Positions 51,474-61,949 of a stretch of 64,000 bases of DNA are shown here, piece by piece; the first letter of the stretch is position 1; the number at the start of each line of letters is the position of its first letter. Both the position numbers and the translations under genes were made by a program. The notes under the pieces were generated by a model. The model had not been told where the DNA came from, ran no database searches, and worked only from the letters and a program-made list of their open reading frames with translations. Location of the stretch: positions 4,588,001 to 4,652,000 of the forward strand of contig CM106586.1 of the NCBI GenBank assembly GCA_048013815.1, written 5' to 3'. This DNA is from Setoptus koraiensis (Eukaryota; Animalia; Arthropoda).

Positions 51474-54074
51474 TTAAGCAGCCGGCGGTTGCAAAGGATT
51501 CTCATTGTGTAGATTAAGCGAAAAAGCCCTTATTTGTCCAGCCCTTTCAATTATCTTTGCTGGTATCCCAGCAATACGAGCTACATTATCAGCTAAGTGT
51601 TCAATGCATCTACCATCCTTCAGTTTGTACTTGTAAACTACAGATTGTGTACTTTCATCTCGTGTGATATCGAAAGTTTTGGGCAGAAAGTTGAAATCGT
51701 GATTCAAATGATCGATCAGTGTGTAATAATGAGTAGAAATCAGCAAGTAAGGACAGTTCAAATCTTTTCTTGCGAAATAAGTAATGAGACTCGTTAGTAA
51801 AATGAATCCATCTTCGGGATTGGTTCCTTTCCCAAATTCATCAATAACTACGAGCGAATTTTTTGTTGCTCGCTCTAATGCATACCCAACTTGATATAGG
51901 TCTGTTCCAAATGATGATAACCCCGTTGATATAGAATTGACCGGGTGTAATCTCGTCAGTATAGCGTCAACCAAAGGTAGGCTTGCTCTCTCTGCAGGAA
52001 CAAAACATCCAATATGAGCCATGAAAACTATTAAACATGTAGATTTGATGTAAACAGTTTTACCACTGGAGTTGGGTCCCGTTAGTATCATAACCTTAGA
52101 TATACGTTCTTTCGTGGAGTCGAAAAAAATCATGTCATTAGCCACGAAATCTGTGTTCACAATTGAAAGTAGAGGATGATAACCATTAGTTATATCGATA
52201 GTTCCATCTATCTCAAACTGGGGTCTAACATATCCAAATTGCAAAGATACCTCTACGAAAGCCAAAAGACAATCAAGATATCCGCAAGAATCAACCAGAC
52301 CTAAGATGTTCTCGCTGTACTTTAATATATCTTCTTGAAGGATCACCAACACGTCTTCTTGCTTGTCTATCAGGTCGCAAATGACATCTCCGGCATTCAT
52401 GTCAAGATCATTCATCCTATCTGTTTTGAGATAAACATTATCTTCGGTCTGAATAATAACTTCAAAGCAGTTTGATTCTCTAATTCTTCTCAGTTCTTGG
52501 GCGTTACAGTATTGTAGACAGTTCAAGAAACCAAGTCTAGGTACATAGGAAACAGTACATTTCATACCACCTAGAATTTCTTTGTATTTTTCAGTTTCTT
52601 CCAAGCTAACCTCGAGACAATATTCTTCTAGTGATTCTGCCAATTTTTTCTGTTTATCTATTTCATCAGAAACTCCAAGGTTAACTTGAACGTTATTGAG
52701 GCGTTTTGAATCATCAAAGTTTACAACCGTAACTATAGATTCAAGCAGTTGCTTCAGATTATTGTTGTAGAACTTGTTTATAGTATGGAAAACTTCGATT
52801 CCACTATTCAGATGCGGTTCAATTATCTCATGTATTTCAAATATGGAAAATAACACTTTGTACATGTTTGAGAAGTCTCTATGAGTCCCGATTGCGTAAC
52901 TCATCCGGGTCAACAATGGAGCTAGCGGCTTTATGTCGACCAATTTCATCTGCAATGTTTCTCTCAATATGGTCTGATCTGGATGCATCAAGTATTCAAG
53001 AGTATTAAGCCTATTTTGTATTTGCTGAAGTCCTTGAAGTGGCCAAAGCAAAATAGTTCTCATGTGCCTTCTACCTTGAGAAGACGAACAACGATTCAGT
53101 AGATCGAACAATGTCATATCATTGGGTCTCACTTGGTCTGATTTTGTACCGATTTTAATATTGCCAGTCTTGTTAAAGATACGCAGCGATTCGTAAGTGT
53201 ATTTATCGATGGTCATAATGGGCCCAGGATCTATGTATTTAACGTCTAGTATGGGCATAGCTACAACATTTGAATTATCATTTATGGGTGCTTCGTCATT
53301 CAAGATTTCATTTGAAGTCTCATTGAAAATCTCTGCAGATGATGGATTTGAAAGGAATTGATATAAGCAACAAATTGATCTCACAGCACAAACATCAATA
53401 TTTATCTTGACTTTCGAAGATAGGAAAAATGATTTCTCCTCATCTTGTTCAAATCTTTTACAATTCACCATAGCACTACTGAGCAAAATTTGGGTTCCAG
53501 TTTGTAAACTATACCACTGATTGATAACTGTGACCAAGTTGAGTAGTTTTTCTTCAGATCTGTCAAGTAAAATACTTGGTTGCCTCATAGTCGGTGCCGC
53601 AGGAGTTATAGCCGAAATTTCATCTAATGGCCTCGTCACGTGCAGGTTTGAATTGCTGGTCTCCTCACGGATAGATGACAATCTTGAAGAACCATGAGCA
53701 TTGTTACTATCTCTGTTGGCGATATTTGTTGTGGTTGATTCATCCGTTATTGATGGTTGCAACTTACTCGTGACAGTTATTCGTTTCGCTAAGTTCGTGA
53801 CTTTGCAATCAAATCTGCTTTCTATATAATCAATAACTTTTCCCTGGACTGCACTCACAATAACTACACCAGGATCGATCTGCGATATAATGATATCTAG
53901 AATCTTGAAAGGGTTCGAGGGATCACACGTATCGGCGATTAAACTCAATTCGCTAGTTGACCTGTCGTAAATAGCGCAACCTATCCTGGAACCACTACTG
54001 CATATGCTCAATATCGGTCTGGTGACAACGATCGTTTCTTCATGGTTGCATCCAGTATCTATATTCGCGGCCAT
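51474..54074 (-). CDS. MSH5: MutS homolog 5 (meiotic crossover), 866 aa, intronless
   Basis: ILTGPNSSGKTVYIK, ILTRLHPVNSISTGLSSFGTDLYQV and SLVVIDEFGKGTNPEDG are closest to MSH5-type ATPase motifs. No mismatch-recognition domain I motif was seen. Confidence 0.85.
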   Translation of the reverse strand: MAANIDTGCNHEETIVVTRPILSICSSGSRIGCAIYDRSTSELSLIADTCDPSNPFKILDIIISQIDPGVVIVSAVQGKVIDYIESRFDCKVTNLAKRITVTSKLQPSITDESTTTNIANRDSNNAHGSSRLSSIREETSNSNLHVTRPLDEISAITPAAPTMRQPSILLDRSEEKLLNLVTVINQWYSLQTGTQILLSSAMVNCKRFEQDEEKSFFLSSKVKINIDVCAVRSICCLYQFLSNPSSAEIFNETSNEILNDEAPINDNSNVVAMPILDVKYIDPGPIMTIDKYTYESLRIFNKTGNIKIGTKSDQVRPNDMTLFDLLNRCSSSQGRRHMRTILLWPLQGLQQIQNRLNTLEYLMHPDQTILRETLQMKLVDIKPLAPLLTRMSYAIGTHRDFSNMYKVLFSIFEIHEIIEPHLNSGIEVFHTINKFYNNNLKQLLESIVTVVNFDDSKRLNNVQVNLGVSDEIDKQKKLAESLEEYCLEVSLEETEKYKEILGGMKCTVSYVPRLGFLNCLQYCNAQELRRIRESNCFEVIIQTEDNVYLKTDRMNDLDMNAGDVICDLIDKQEDVLVILQEDILKYSENILGLVDSCGYLDCLLAFVEVSLQFGYVRPQFEIDGTIDITNGYHPLLSIVNTDFVANDMIFFDSTKERISKVMILTGPNSSGKTVYIKSTCLIVFMAHIGCFVPAERASLPLVDAILTRLHPVNSISTGLSSFGTDLYQVGYALERATKNSLVVIDEFGKGTNPEDGFILLTSLITYFARKDLNCPYLLISTHYYTLIDHLNHDFNFLPKTFDITRDESTQSVVYKYKLKDGRCIEHLADNVARIAGIPAKIIERAGQIRAFSLNLHNENPLQPPAA

Positions 54075-54608
54075 GGTGATTTATTTCTTCTTTATCAAAA
54101 AGACCTTTTCTAACACAAATCAAAAAATATCCTTTAGTAACTATTGATATTATTTTACGAACGTTATTCCATTTCAGTTTTGAGAACATTGACAGCAACT
54201 GCAAACCGGATCGAACTTTTTTGCACTCTTACTTACACGTAATTACACGTAAGCGCGCAACTTAGCACGAATGCGCACAATTCAAACTTGACCGCCATTT
54301 TTTGTATATCATCATGATCATAGAATACCAAGATGAATAATCTTTCTCTCATCAATTCTTATCGATTACTTGAGTTATATTATTGATTCGGCAATACGTA
54401 TTGTTTCTAAAGATATATACAATCGCAGAAGCATTCTCACTTAGAAAGAAGATAGACTATTATCTTTGAATTTTTCATAAGCAAGGCCTGGGCAAAACTT
54501 TATTCAAGCTATTCAAAAGAAAGGGTGAATACACGAATGTGTATGGATGAATCGAACATTAGGATTTATTCACAACGACTGTTGTCGTTCTCTAGAATAT
54601 AAATAACT

Positions 54609-55220
54609 TCAGTCAAACGTCCGGTGTTCTAGTTCGTTCGGAGATTGACTACCGGTCCTGATTATGGGTAAATATAATTTAAATTCGGGTGGCAACTCCT
54701 CATCAGTATATTGTCTATCGGAGAAATAGATTCTTCTCAGACGACAATTGGCATTTATGGTTACGCGTACAGTTTCAGTGTACGTGGTGCCATAAGCTCT
54801 ACGGGTGAAGTCGCTCAAATTAAAACAAATTTGATTCCAGCCTTCCTCTAGACGTAATGGCATAGTGCAGATAAAGTCTTTAACTCTAGTTTGGGTTTGA
54901 AAGTTTGAAGCACGAAACCTTCGTTTGGTCTGAGTATTATCTAGAACTTCTATCTCAAAAGTAAAAAACCTATCTAGATTCTTGGCAATCATTGTAAAAT
55001 AAGGCAGTTTAATACCAAGGCTTTTGTCTATCTTGGGGCAAGTGATATAGGTAGTGGAGACGTTAGATGATTTTATTTCCAGGACAAGAGATCTCAGTTC
55101 CTCGTCGGTGATTCTTTTGACTGAGCCATTTTTGACTTTGATTTCAAACAGTTGCAATGGTTTACTTCCAATCGAATAGAGTATGGACAAAAATCCACTT
55201 TGAAATGTATTCCTGAACAT
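54609..55220 (-). CDS. CFAP20: CFAP20/BUG22, 203 aa
   Basis: [75 protein letters not shown]. Confidence 0.97.
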   Translation of the reverse strand: MFRNTFQSGFLSILYSIGSKPLQLFEIKVKNGSVKRITDEELRSLVLEIKSSNVSTTYITCPKIDKSLGIKLPYFTMIAKNLDRFFTFEIEVLDNTQTKRRFRASNFQTQTRVKDFICTMPLRLEEGWNQICFNLSDFTRRAYGTTYTETVRVTINANCRLRRIYFSDRQYTDEELPPEFKLYLPIIRTGSQSPNELEHRTFD

Positions 55221-56427
55221 TCTTTAGCACTTATAATATATTATCGACTTTGGTAATTTGTGTGATTTGCAAGTGATAGCTGTTTCGGAGATCCAATCGT
55301 TTCTTGAGAGATGATAGCTAAAAACGCACTGAGGGAGACAGAGATTGAAGGAAGTCAAATCTAAATGTTTGCTGATAACGCTTTTGTACGGACTACTCGA
55401 TTTCGCTTCGACAATTCACCCGGCCAATACAGCCTCTTTGACAGATGATTATTGACCTGGTTTTGATGTTGGTCTTGACTCATGAGTTGGATCCATTTTT
55501 GTCAATTGGATCTGCGAACGTTTGTTTGCACCGCAACCACGACGAATTCACTCTCTGGAGTCACGTGTGCGCAACATCTGTTTCAACTGCTGCTTGTCGT
55601 TTACAAAAACCAAACTTGTTGTAAACAGAGTGTCAACAAAGAACGTTTACACTTTCAGGAACCCTGAATCAGGATACTATTGTATGGTCCATTCTACCAG
55701 CACAAATACGTTTCAATTGAATCAGACAAATTCAGCTGATTCTATACTATTCACTCTAAAATGTGATACCAGCGGATGGAAAAACGCTGCACGCACAAAT
55801 ACATCGTATCGACTCCTACTCGACCTGATTGGGTTTAGAATTATTCTCCGTTAGTTCTATAGTTTATCCTATAATTTATCCATGTTCCTCAGTGAAATAC
55901 GGATAAATTTGTGCCGGTTGTCATGGTGATATAGCCAATTTCATGTATTCAAGCAATAGTATAATAAGATTGATGCGAGAATGAATGCTCGAACCTACGA
56001 ACTGGGACGCTGTTGTGTAACTCGCTGTAGTTCGAACAGAGAAAAGAGAATCGGCATCGATTTTCACTTTGGTAAGTGTGCCAATGCTCTCTGGCGGTCT
56101 GTACACGATTCGTAGGGTCAGGCGATCGCTAATGATCGATCATCCATCTGTATCTTGACATGCATGCAAAATAGCTACTATTATACTGATTCGCTTAGGA
56201 CAAAAGGGGCCGCTTGAGACCCCCAGAGATTCGAGTCAATTCTCGTTGTGCTAGAAATCGAGCTTATGAAACACTCATCTATCATGATGTAATATATCAG
56301 TATAGGCCAGTTTTAATTCAATAAAATTTCTTGTATAGGTTGTGAGAAGCAAATGCCCAAGTTTGTAACAATTGCATGATAATATGGCACCGGTGAGCAC
56401 ATAAAGATATAGCTGTAGACCCGCTCT

Positions 56428-57215
56428 TTATTTTTTCACATACTTATTTTTTGTGTAACGAACTTCGCGTGCTTGTAATTTCGTAGGTTCCACTAGATTT
56501 CCGCACAGAAAACTATCGATTCTTTCGCGTAATATGGCATCCACTGGTAATTTAATTAATTTATTTCGCGCAAGTTAGATGGTAGCTCGCTTGGGATGCA
56601 AAATATAGGATAGGAAAGCTCAAACTTCTGTGAAAATGCAAGCGTCTTTTAGCAAGGCGGATCCTCTCCATCACCGTTTCAGTCAGTCCTATTCATCCAA
56701 CTGTTTTCCATCTTCTTAATGCTGTTGAATTTGAGAGACGAACGATGAAATTTCCTCAGTTTTGCTTCTCTACGCTGCAGTCTGTCTCTTGATTCGTGCA
56801 TACGTTGTGAATTTGTTTTGCCTCTCTCTTGGACCACTCGATCTTTGAGCATTGCGTCGAATTCGGCCTCAACGTAATCAGACTCGCCTTGACTTGTTGA
56901 TGTCTCGTCATCAGCTTTTTCAGCCAGATCTAGTTCATCCGAGACTACTTTGGGCACTTGGGCTGTTCTTCTCAAGTGCTCCTATCGATGTAACTATTTC
57001 ATTTCAGCCTCGACCACTGTGGCTAACAATTTCCGATTGTCCTCTTGCGCAGGATTGTACGATTGGCCGGGATGGAGAATTTTCACGGCTTTCAGAAATT
57101 GGGGCTCCTTTCTTTGACGCTTCGACGACAACCATTTTGCCTCTTCAGAATTCGAACTGCTATCATCCCATAGGTCCTAAGATGGATCACTGCGTACCAT
57201 TTCATAAATAACCAT
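56428..57215 (-). pseudogene. NOP53: NOP53 (GLTSCR2/PICT1) pseudogene
   Basis: Translating through the stops gives MVIYEMVRSDPS*DLWDD...ILHPGQSYNPAQEDNRKLLATVVEAEMK*LHR*EHLRR...*...*KTLAFSQKFELSYPIFCIPSELPSNLREI, then a frameshift, then KLPVDAILRERIDSFLCGNLVEPTK...YVKK*. This is colinear with the Nop53 motifs YDLW, GASYNP..EDH, S.EL..SLR.LKP.GN.L.DRF.S...RN..EP. Stops lie at 57177, 56994, 56982, 56679 and 56649, with a frameshift near 56555. Confidence 0.85.
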
Positions 57216-57817
57216 GATTGACTTGTTAATTGATTGTCATTAGTAAATGATTAATATTTATTTTTTCGCCACGACAGATATACAAGCCCACGTGTTTCCA
57301 TTCCACTTCATTCCTGTTATTATATAATACTTTTTACGTGACGCAAGACGCACTTGACGCATCAGATGCGTCGCATCTTAACTGTTTGAAAAGCCCGCTC
57401 GATATTGTAACTGTGTATCTATTTGAGGAAATGTTTCTACATGCAATGAACAAAATAAATAGGAATGGGCAAGCTGCGCAAATAAAGCTATCAAGGTTGT
57501 GCAACCAAAAGAGGCTCTGCTATCAGCACCGGGGCTGGCATTTTACATGTTCTACATTTGTTACATTTATACCACCTCAAAACAGATGCTAAACAAATGT
57601 AGAAACAAACAATCTCTAACTATCAGTCATAATGAAGCAAGACTAGCCCAATCGACAGATGCCAAGTTATACACCAACCACCGTCAAGTGCCCCTGAAAT
57701 CTAACTGTCTTCGAGGAGTTAATCATACAGGGCTTCCAAAGCGGCCAAATATCAGGAACAATTAGAATTCTGTATTGGTAAATCCAAGTTAAAGTATATC
57801 CTCTCAGGTACCATATC

Positions 57818-58918
57818 ATGGATCATGAATATGTCCAACCTCCACCCCTCAAAGATGAGACTAATCCCAAGATTCAAGTTTCAGCGATGCACGCTTTGAT
57901 TCTATCAGCCATTACAGGCTTATTCCTAGTTGTTTTATTTGTTTGGTGGCTGAAGAAAACCGTAAGTCCACAAGTCTTGAGAGATACACGCGGTTTTGTT
58001 TTGGATCAGTCTCCGTCATCTGATCAAGATTCCAGTGGACCCAGGCCGAGAATTTTACCAGGTGAAGGACCTCGACGGAGACCAAACGCTAGAAGAGTTA
58101 GGGCCAGCAGAAATATTGCTGTTGGAAGAATTCCAGCTACACTAGAACAAAGTTCAGAGTCGAGCGATAGTGAGTCTAGTACTAACCTGAGTGATTCTGA
58201 GTCTTATACCTTACAAGCACCGGATGATTCCAAAAAGAAAATCGGTGTCAAGAAACAAATGAAACTAGACATGAAAGCGGAAAAGAGAGCCGCACGAGAA
58301 GCCATGCTAGAGGAAAGAGAGGAAAAAAAGAAGAAACAGGAAATGCTGGATCAATTGAGGAAAGCTGAGGAAGAAAAGCAGAGATTAGAAGAAGAGGCTC
58401 AAGTAAGTTATTGTGTCAATACCAGCCCACCCTAAATGGTATTTTGATCTCTTTATCTAATGTATTTCTTTTATTCAATTATAATTTTTCAGGCAGAAAA
58501 AGAGCGTCTAGAACGAGAAGAGCAATTGCGCAAAGAACACGAAGAGTATTTAAAGCTAGCGGCCTCATTCCAGGTAGAAGAAGAGGGCTTTGATCCTGAT
58601 GCCTTAGACAACGAATCGGAGGGCAAACTCGCACGATTTGTAGAATATATCGAAGAACAAAAAGTTGTCCTCCTAGAAGATTTAGCTGCACAATTCAAGA
58701 TGCGAACCAAGGATGTGATAGATAGAATACAGAAACTACTAGACACTGGAACACTTGTTGGTATTATCGATGACCGCGGAAAATTTATTAGCGTGACCAA
58801 TGAAGAGTTGGAGAGCGTCGCAAAATTCATACGTCAAAGAGGAAGAGTTTCAATCAATGAGATAGTTGTTAATTCGAATAGACTAATTAATCTTAAACCC
58901 GGCGTAGCTGAGTCTTGA
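57818..58918 (+). CDS. DDRGK1: DDRGK domain-containing protein 1 (UFBP1), 336 aa; exons 57818..58402 and 58493..58918
   Basis: N-terminal TM, KKIGVKKQMKLDMKAEKRAAREA, EHEEYLKLAASFQVEEEG, KVVLLEDLAAQF, GIIDDRGKFI. Phase-0 intron of 90 nt (CAA|GTAAGT...TTTCAG|GCA). Confidence 0.95.
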
Positions 58919-59042
58919 TCAGACTTGAGTCGGCAAAAGAAAATAACGCTCACTGTTAAAGTCTATCAGTGTTTAACAATTCAATGCCAAGGAGAACTTC
59001 TGGAGTGTTTTCTCATTGTGTATTCCTTCACTATTTATTCTA

Positions 59043-60548
59043 TCATTCATCTCGGTGAACTGTGAAATTCTTGTAGTCAAAGTAGATTCTATACAAGTCT
59101 ACTAGTCTTTGCGGGAATTTTTCGGGGATGTTCAATATCTCTTCGAACGGAAGCTGCCAAACAAGTTTAGCCTTGATTTCCACTGATTCTCCGAAACAAT
59201 CAGGTGATTGAGAAACAGAGTTTTCGGGTAGTAGGTGACAGAGCCTATACATGTGTGCAACTCCTTCAAATTTGCGGCATATGTGCACATCACAGTATTG
59301 CAGAGGCTTTAACTTCATGTTCACTATGTCATTGAGGCCAAGTTTGCGTACATTTCTCGTTATTTCTTCAAGATAAAGGTCCCTGTGTCTCTGGGTTAAT
59401 ACGTAAAATACCGACTGACATACTAGATAGAAGGACAGAACACTATCTGAAACGCGACCAGTTGAGATCCTATTTTGTCCGTTGTTTCGCCGAGCTTGTT
59501 TACGGTTTCTGTTGAACGTCTGACACCACAACAAAGCTTTGGATAGAAAGGACACTACTAACTCCATATCGATGTATATTGCACGAGATAACAAAGAGCT
59601 CATGAAGGATATCGCAGCCTTTTTTTCTTCGAATGCCCTGGTGCTTTCTAAGAAGGATTCCCACAAAATATTACACAGGTCCTCGGCGTACGTTTCCTTG
59701 ATTGAACATAGGTAGAAAATTATTTGGTCTATCTTCTCAATCCTGGTCGAGGATAGAATGTACTTCTGGAAGGCACAGATAAAGGATTTCATGAGGTTGT
59801 CACTAGAAACGTCAAGATTCTGTTTGATCTCGTCGATAAATTCGTAAACAAGCTCGGTAGTTTTATCAGACAAATCGGCGATTGAATTTTCAGTTTGGCC
59901 GGTCTTTTCATTGCAGACTAAGTCCATCCACATGATCTTGTCTATGAAACCATACAAGGAGGATCGCATGTAATTAATGGGTAGATGTATGGATATTCTT
60001 AGGAAATTGAAAACATAGTTGAGATAGCTATTTTGGGATATATTCTCATGGAAGGGGAAATTCCTCGACAGGCATGTAATAATTTCTTTTGCTATCTCAT
60101 TATCTTTCGACATGATGTCAGCTAAGGCGGTGTGAACTGTCTCGAAAACTTTAGTCTGGCGTTCGTCCCTATCCACATCCATCTTGAATAAGACTAGAAG
60201 AATGCTCTTGTAAACGTCTTCGAACTGTTCTGGATAGACTTGGAGGAACACTTGTAAGTAGCCGAGGTAACTTGTGAGAACTTCATGATTTTCTCTAAAG
60301 GATTCCACTATCTTTGATCGTTTGGCTGCATTAATGAGAGATATCTTCTGGTCTTTCGAATGGATCCTGTTGAATGAATTGGCTAGAATTTTGTAGTAAC
60401 GTATTAATTCTTCTGAGCTGGGGGATGTTGCTGGAGTCTTTGGTGTCGTTGCCGCAGCCTTCGTAGCCTCGGTTGTGCAGAGCCTTTTAGGTGAAGGCCC
60501 TTCAGGTGTAGGCCTTTTTGGTGTAGAGCACGCCAACTGGGAGGCCAT
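59043..60548 (-). CDS. RRN3: RNA polymerase I initiation factor RRN3/TIF-IA, 501 aa (divergent)
   Basis: LSRNFPF...YVFNFLRI, IDKIMWMDL, QIIFYLCS, AAISFMSSLLSRAIYI, FYLVCQSVFYVLTQRH, LKPLQYC..HICRKF. Confidence 0.8.
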   Translation of the reverse strand: MASQLACSTPKRPTPEGPSPKRLCTTEATKAAATTPKTPATSPSSEELIRYYKILANSFNRIHSKDQKISLINAAKRSKIVESFRENHEVLTSYLGYLQVFLQVYPEQFEDVYKSILLVLFKMDVDRDERQTKVFETVHTALADIMSKDNEIAKEIITCLSRNFPFHENISQNSYLNYVFNFLRISIHLPINYMRSSLYGFIDKIMWMDLVCNEKTGQTENSIADLSDKTTELVYEFIDEIKQNLDVSSDNLMKSFICAFQKYILSSTRIEKIDQIIFYLCSIKETYAEDLCNILWESFLESTRAFEEKKAAISFMSSLLSRAIYIDMELVVSFLSKALLWCQTFNRNRKQARRNNGQNRISTGRVSDSVLSFYLVCQSVFYVLTQRHRDLYLEEITRNVRKLGLNDIVNMKLKPLQYCDVHICRKFEGVAHMYRLCHLLPENSVSQSPDCFGESVEIKAKLVWQLPFEEILNIPEKFPQRLVDLYRIYFDYKNFTVHRDE

Positions 60549-61105
60549 CTTGATGCTAGTGGTCGCCCACCCTATATCTCAATTAATTAATTTATCTCTT
60601 TCTCACAAATACAAATGAAGAGAAATGTAACTTTATTATATACTTTTACTTGCTAGACCAACGCTGAGGTGTTTACGAACGCGAGAGTGGTCACGTTTTC
60701 ACCGTTCCTCTCAATTTGCCCAAGCGCCAAGTTCAAATTTTATCGACCCGTGGTGGAATGCTCGCTGATTGGTTAGAGACATTTGACATGGTGTTTCATG
60801 ATATTGCCTCATGCCCACCATTCACATAAACGGTCTCGGTTGGGGGCCATTTACAGATTAGGGACTCTGATTGCTCACAGATATATTTGTCAATTGTGCT
60901 TCCAGGTCTGTAAGCTCCCCGCTAGTGCTCTGACGTAAGGAAGTAGGGTTATCAACATTGTTCGATATTCCAAGTTGTTTGTTTGGGTTCTGTATGAAGT
61001 TCGTATGGAGTTGACTGTTTTTGGGCTGCCGAGAGGAATTTCTGTAATTTCTGATGCTGTAGAACGGAGAACTGCGGATTCAATCGTTATTGAAATAGAG
61101 CGTCT

Positions 61106-61267
61106 CGGATATGAGATCATGAATTACCGACCTTTGGATAGATGGTCGGTAAAAATTCGGTGAAAAATTTATGGAAGCTTTCAACCTTCATCTTCCTGAC
61201 AGCTTCCATAAATTTTTCAGTTATCGACCACCTATCCAAAGGTCGGTAATCCATGATCTCATATCCG
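61106..61267. repeat. Long imperfect inverted repeat / foldback (arms 61106-61179 and 61201-61267, 21-nt loop)
   Basis: The left arm CGGATATGAGATCATGAATTACCGACCTTTGGATAGATGGTCGGTAA...TGAAAAATTTATGGAAGCT matches the reverse complement of the right arm with 3 substitutions and one ~7-nt bulge. Confidence 0.95.
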
Positions 61268-61949
61268 GCCACAACTCACCGGTATGGTGCTAAAGATTCG
61301 CTAGACGGGTCTCTACTGATAAGATGCGGCACACCTGTTGTAGCGAGTCACGTCTTGGATGTTGGATGCACCTTCAACATCGATACTTCTATTTTGTGAT
61401 GATGCTTTACGGCAATCAACGTATCCATAGAATGGGATAGTTAGATTTCTGCAGCTACGTTAGTGAGTGGTAACGCGAGTTTAAACCTGAATCAAGATCG
61501 ACGATATCTACAATTGCGTTTAAAATAATTCCTCATAAATCAAAACAATAGTTGCCTATTAACGTATTCCTGTTATGATTTATGACATCAAATTATTGAC
61601 CGGGGGAGATCGATCTCCCTCTCACACTGTTTGAAGCTATGAGATGGGAGGAGCGGCCTCGATCGGAGACCTAGCCGGCAGATTCCAAGCAAATCTCGCA
61701 CATCACCAATAGCATGCCATTCACAGAACGAATGATGATACAAGACCGTGGATATACAATAAAGAGATGTTCTGATAAACTAGTTGCGAGCTTGTGTTTT
61801 TTATCAACACATGCACCGGATATCCAACCAGATAGCACCGTGTCAATCTATTTTTATTAGTGTTATGCTGATTCTTGCATCACCTACGTAGTAGGATTTG
61901 TATTTCACATTTGGTTCTTGTACTTTAGATCGAGTCGCTTCATTGGTCG

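Noticed and set aside
56428-57215. Stop-codon reassignment or readthrough explanation for NOP53
   Set aside because: Three different stop codons plus a frameshift; neighbouring genes use the standard code.
61731-61778. ATGATGA...CTGA box C/D snoRNA candidate
   Set aside because: Only ~45 nt, no terminal stem and not intronic.
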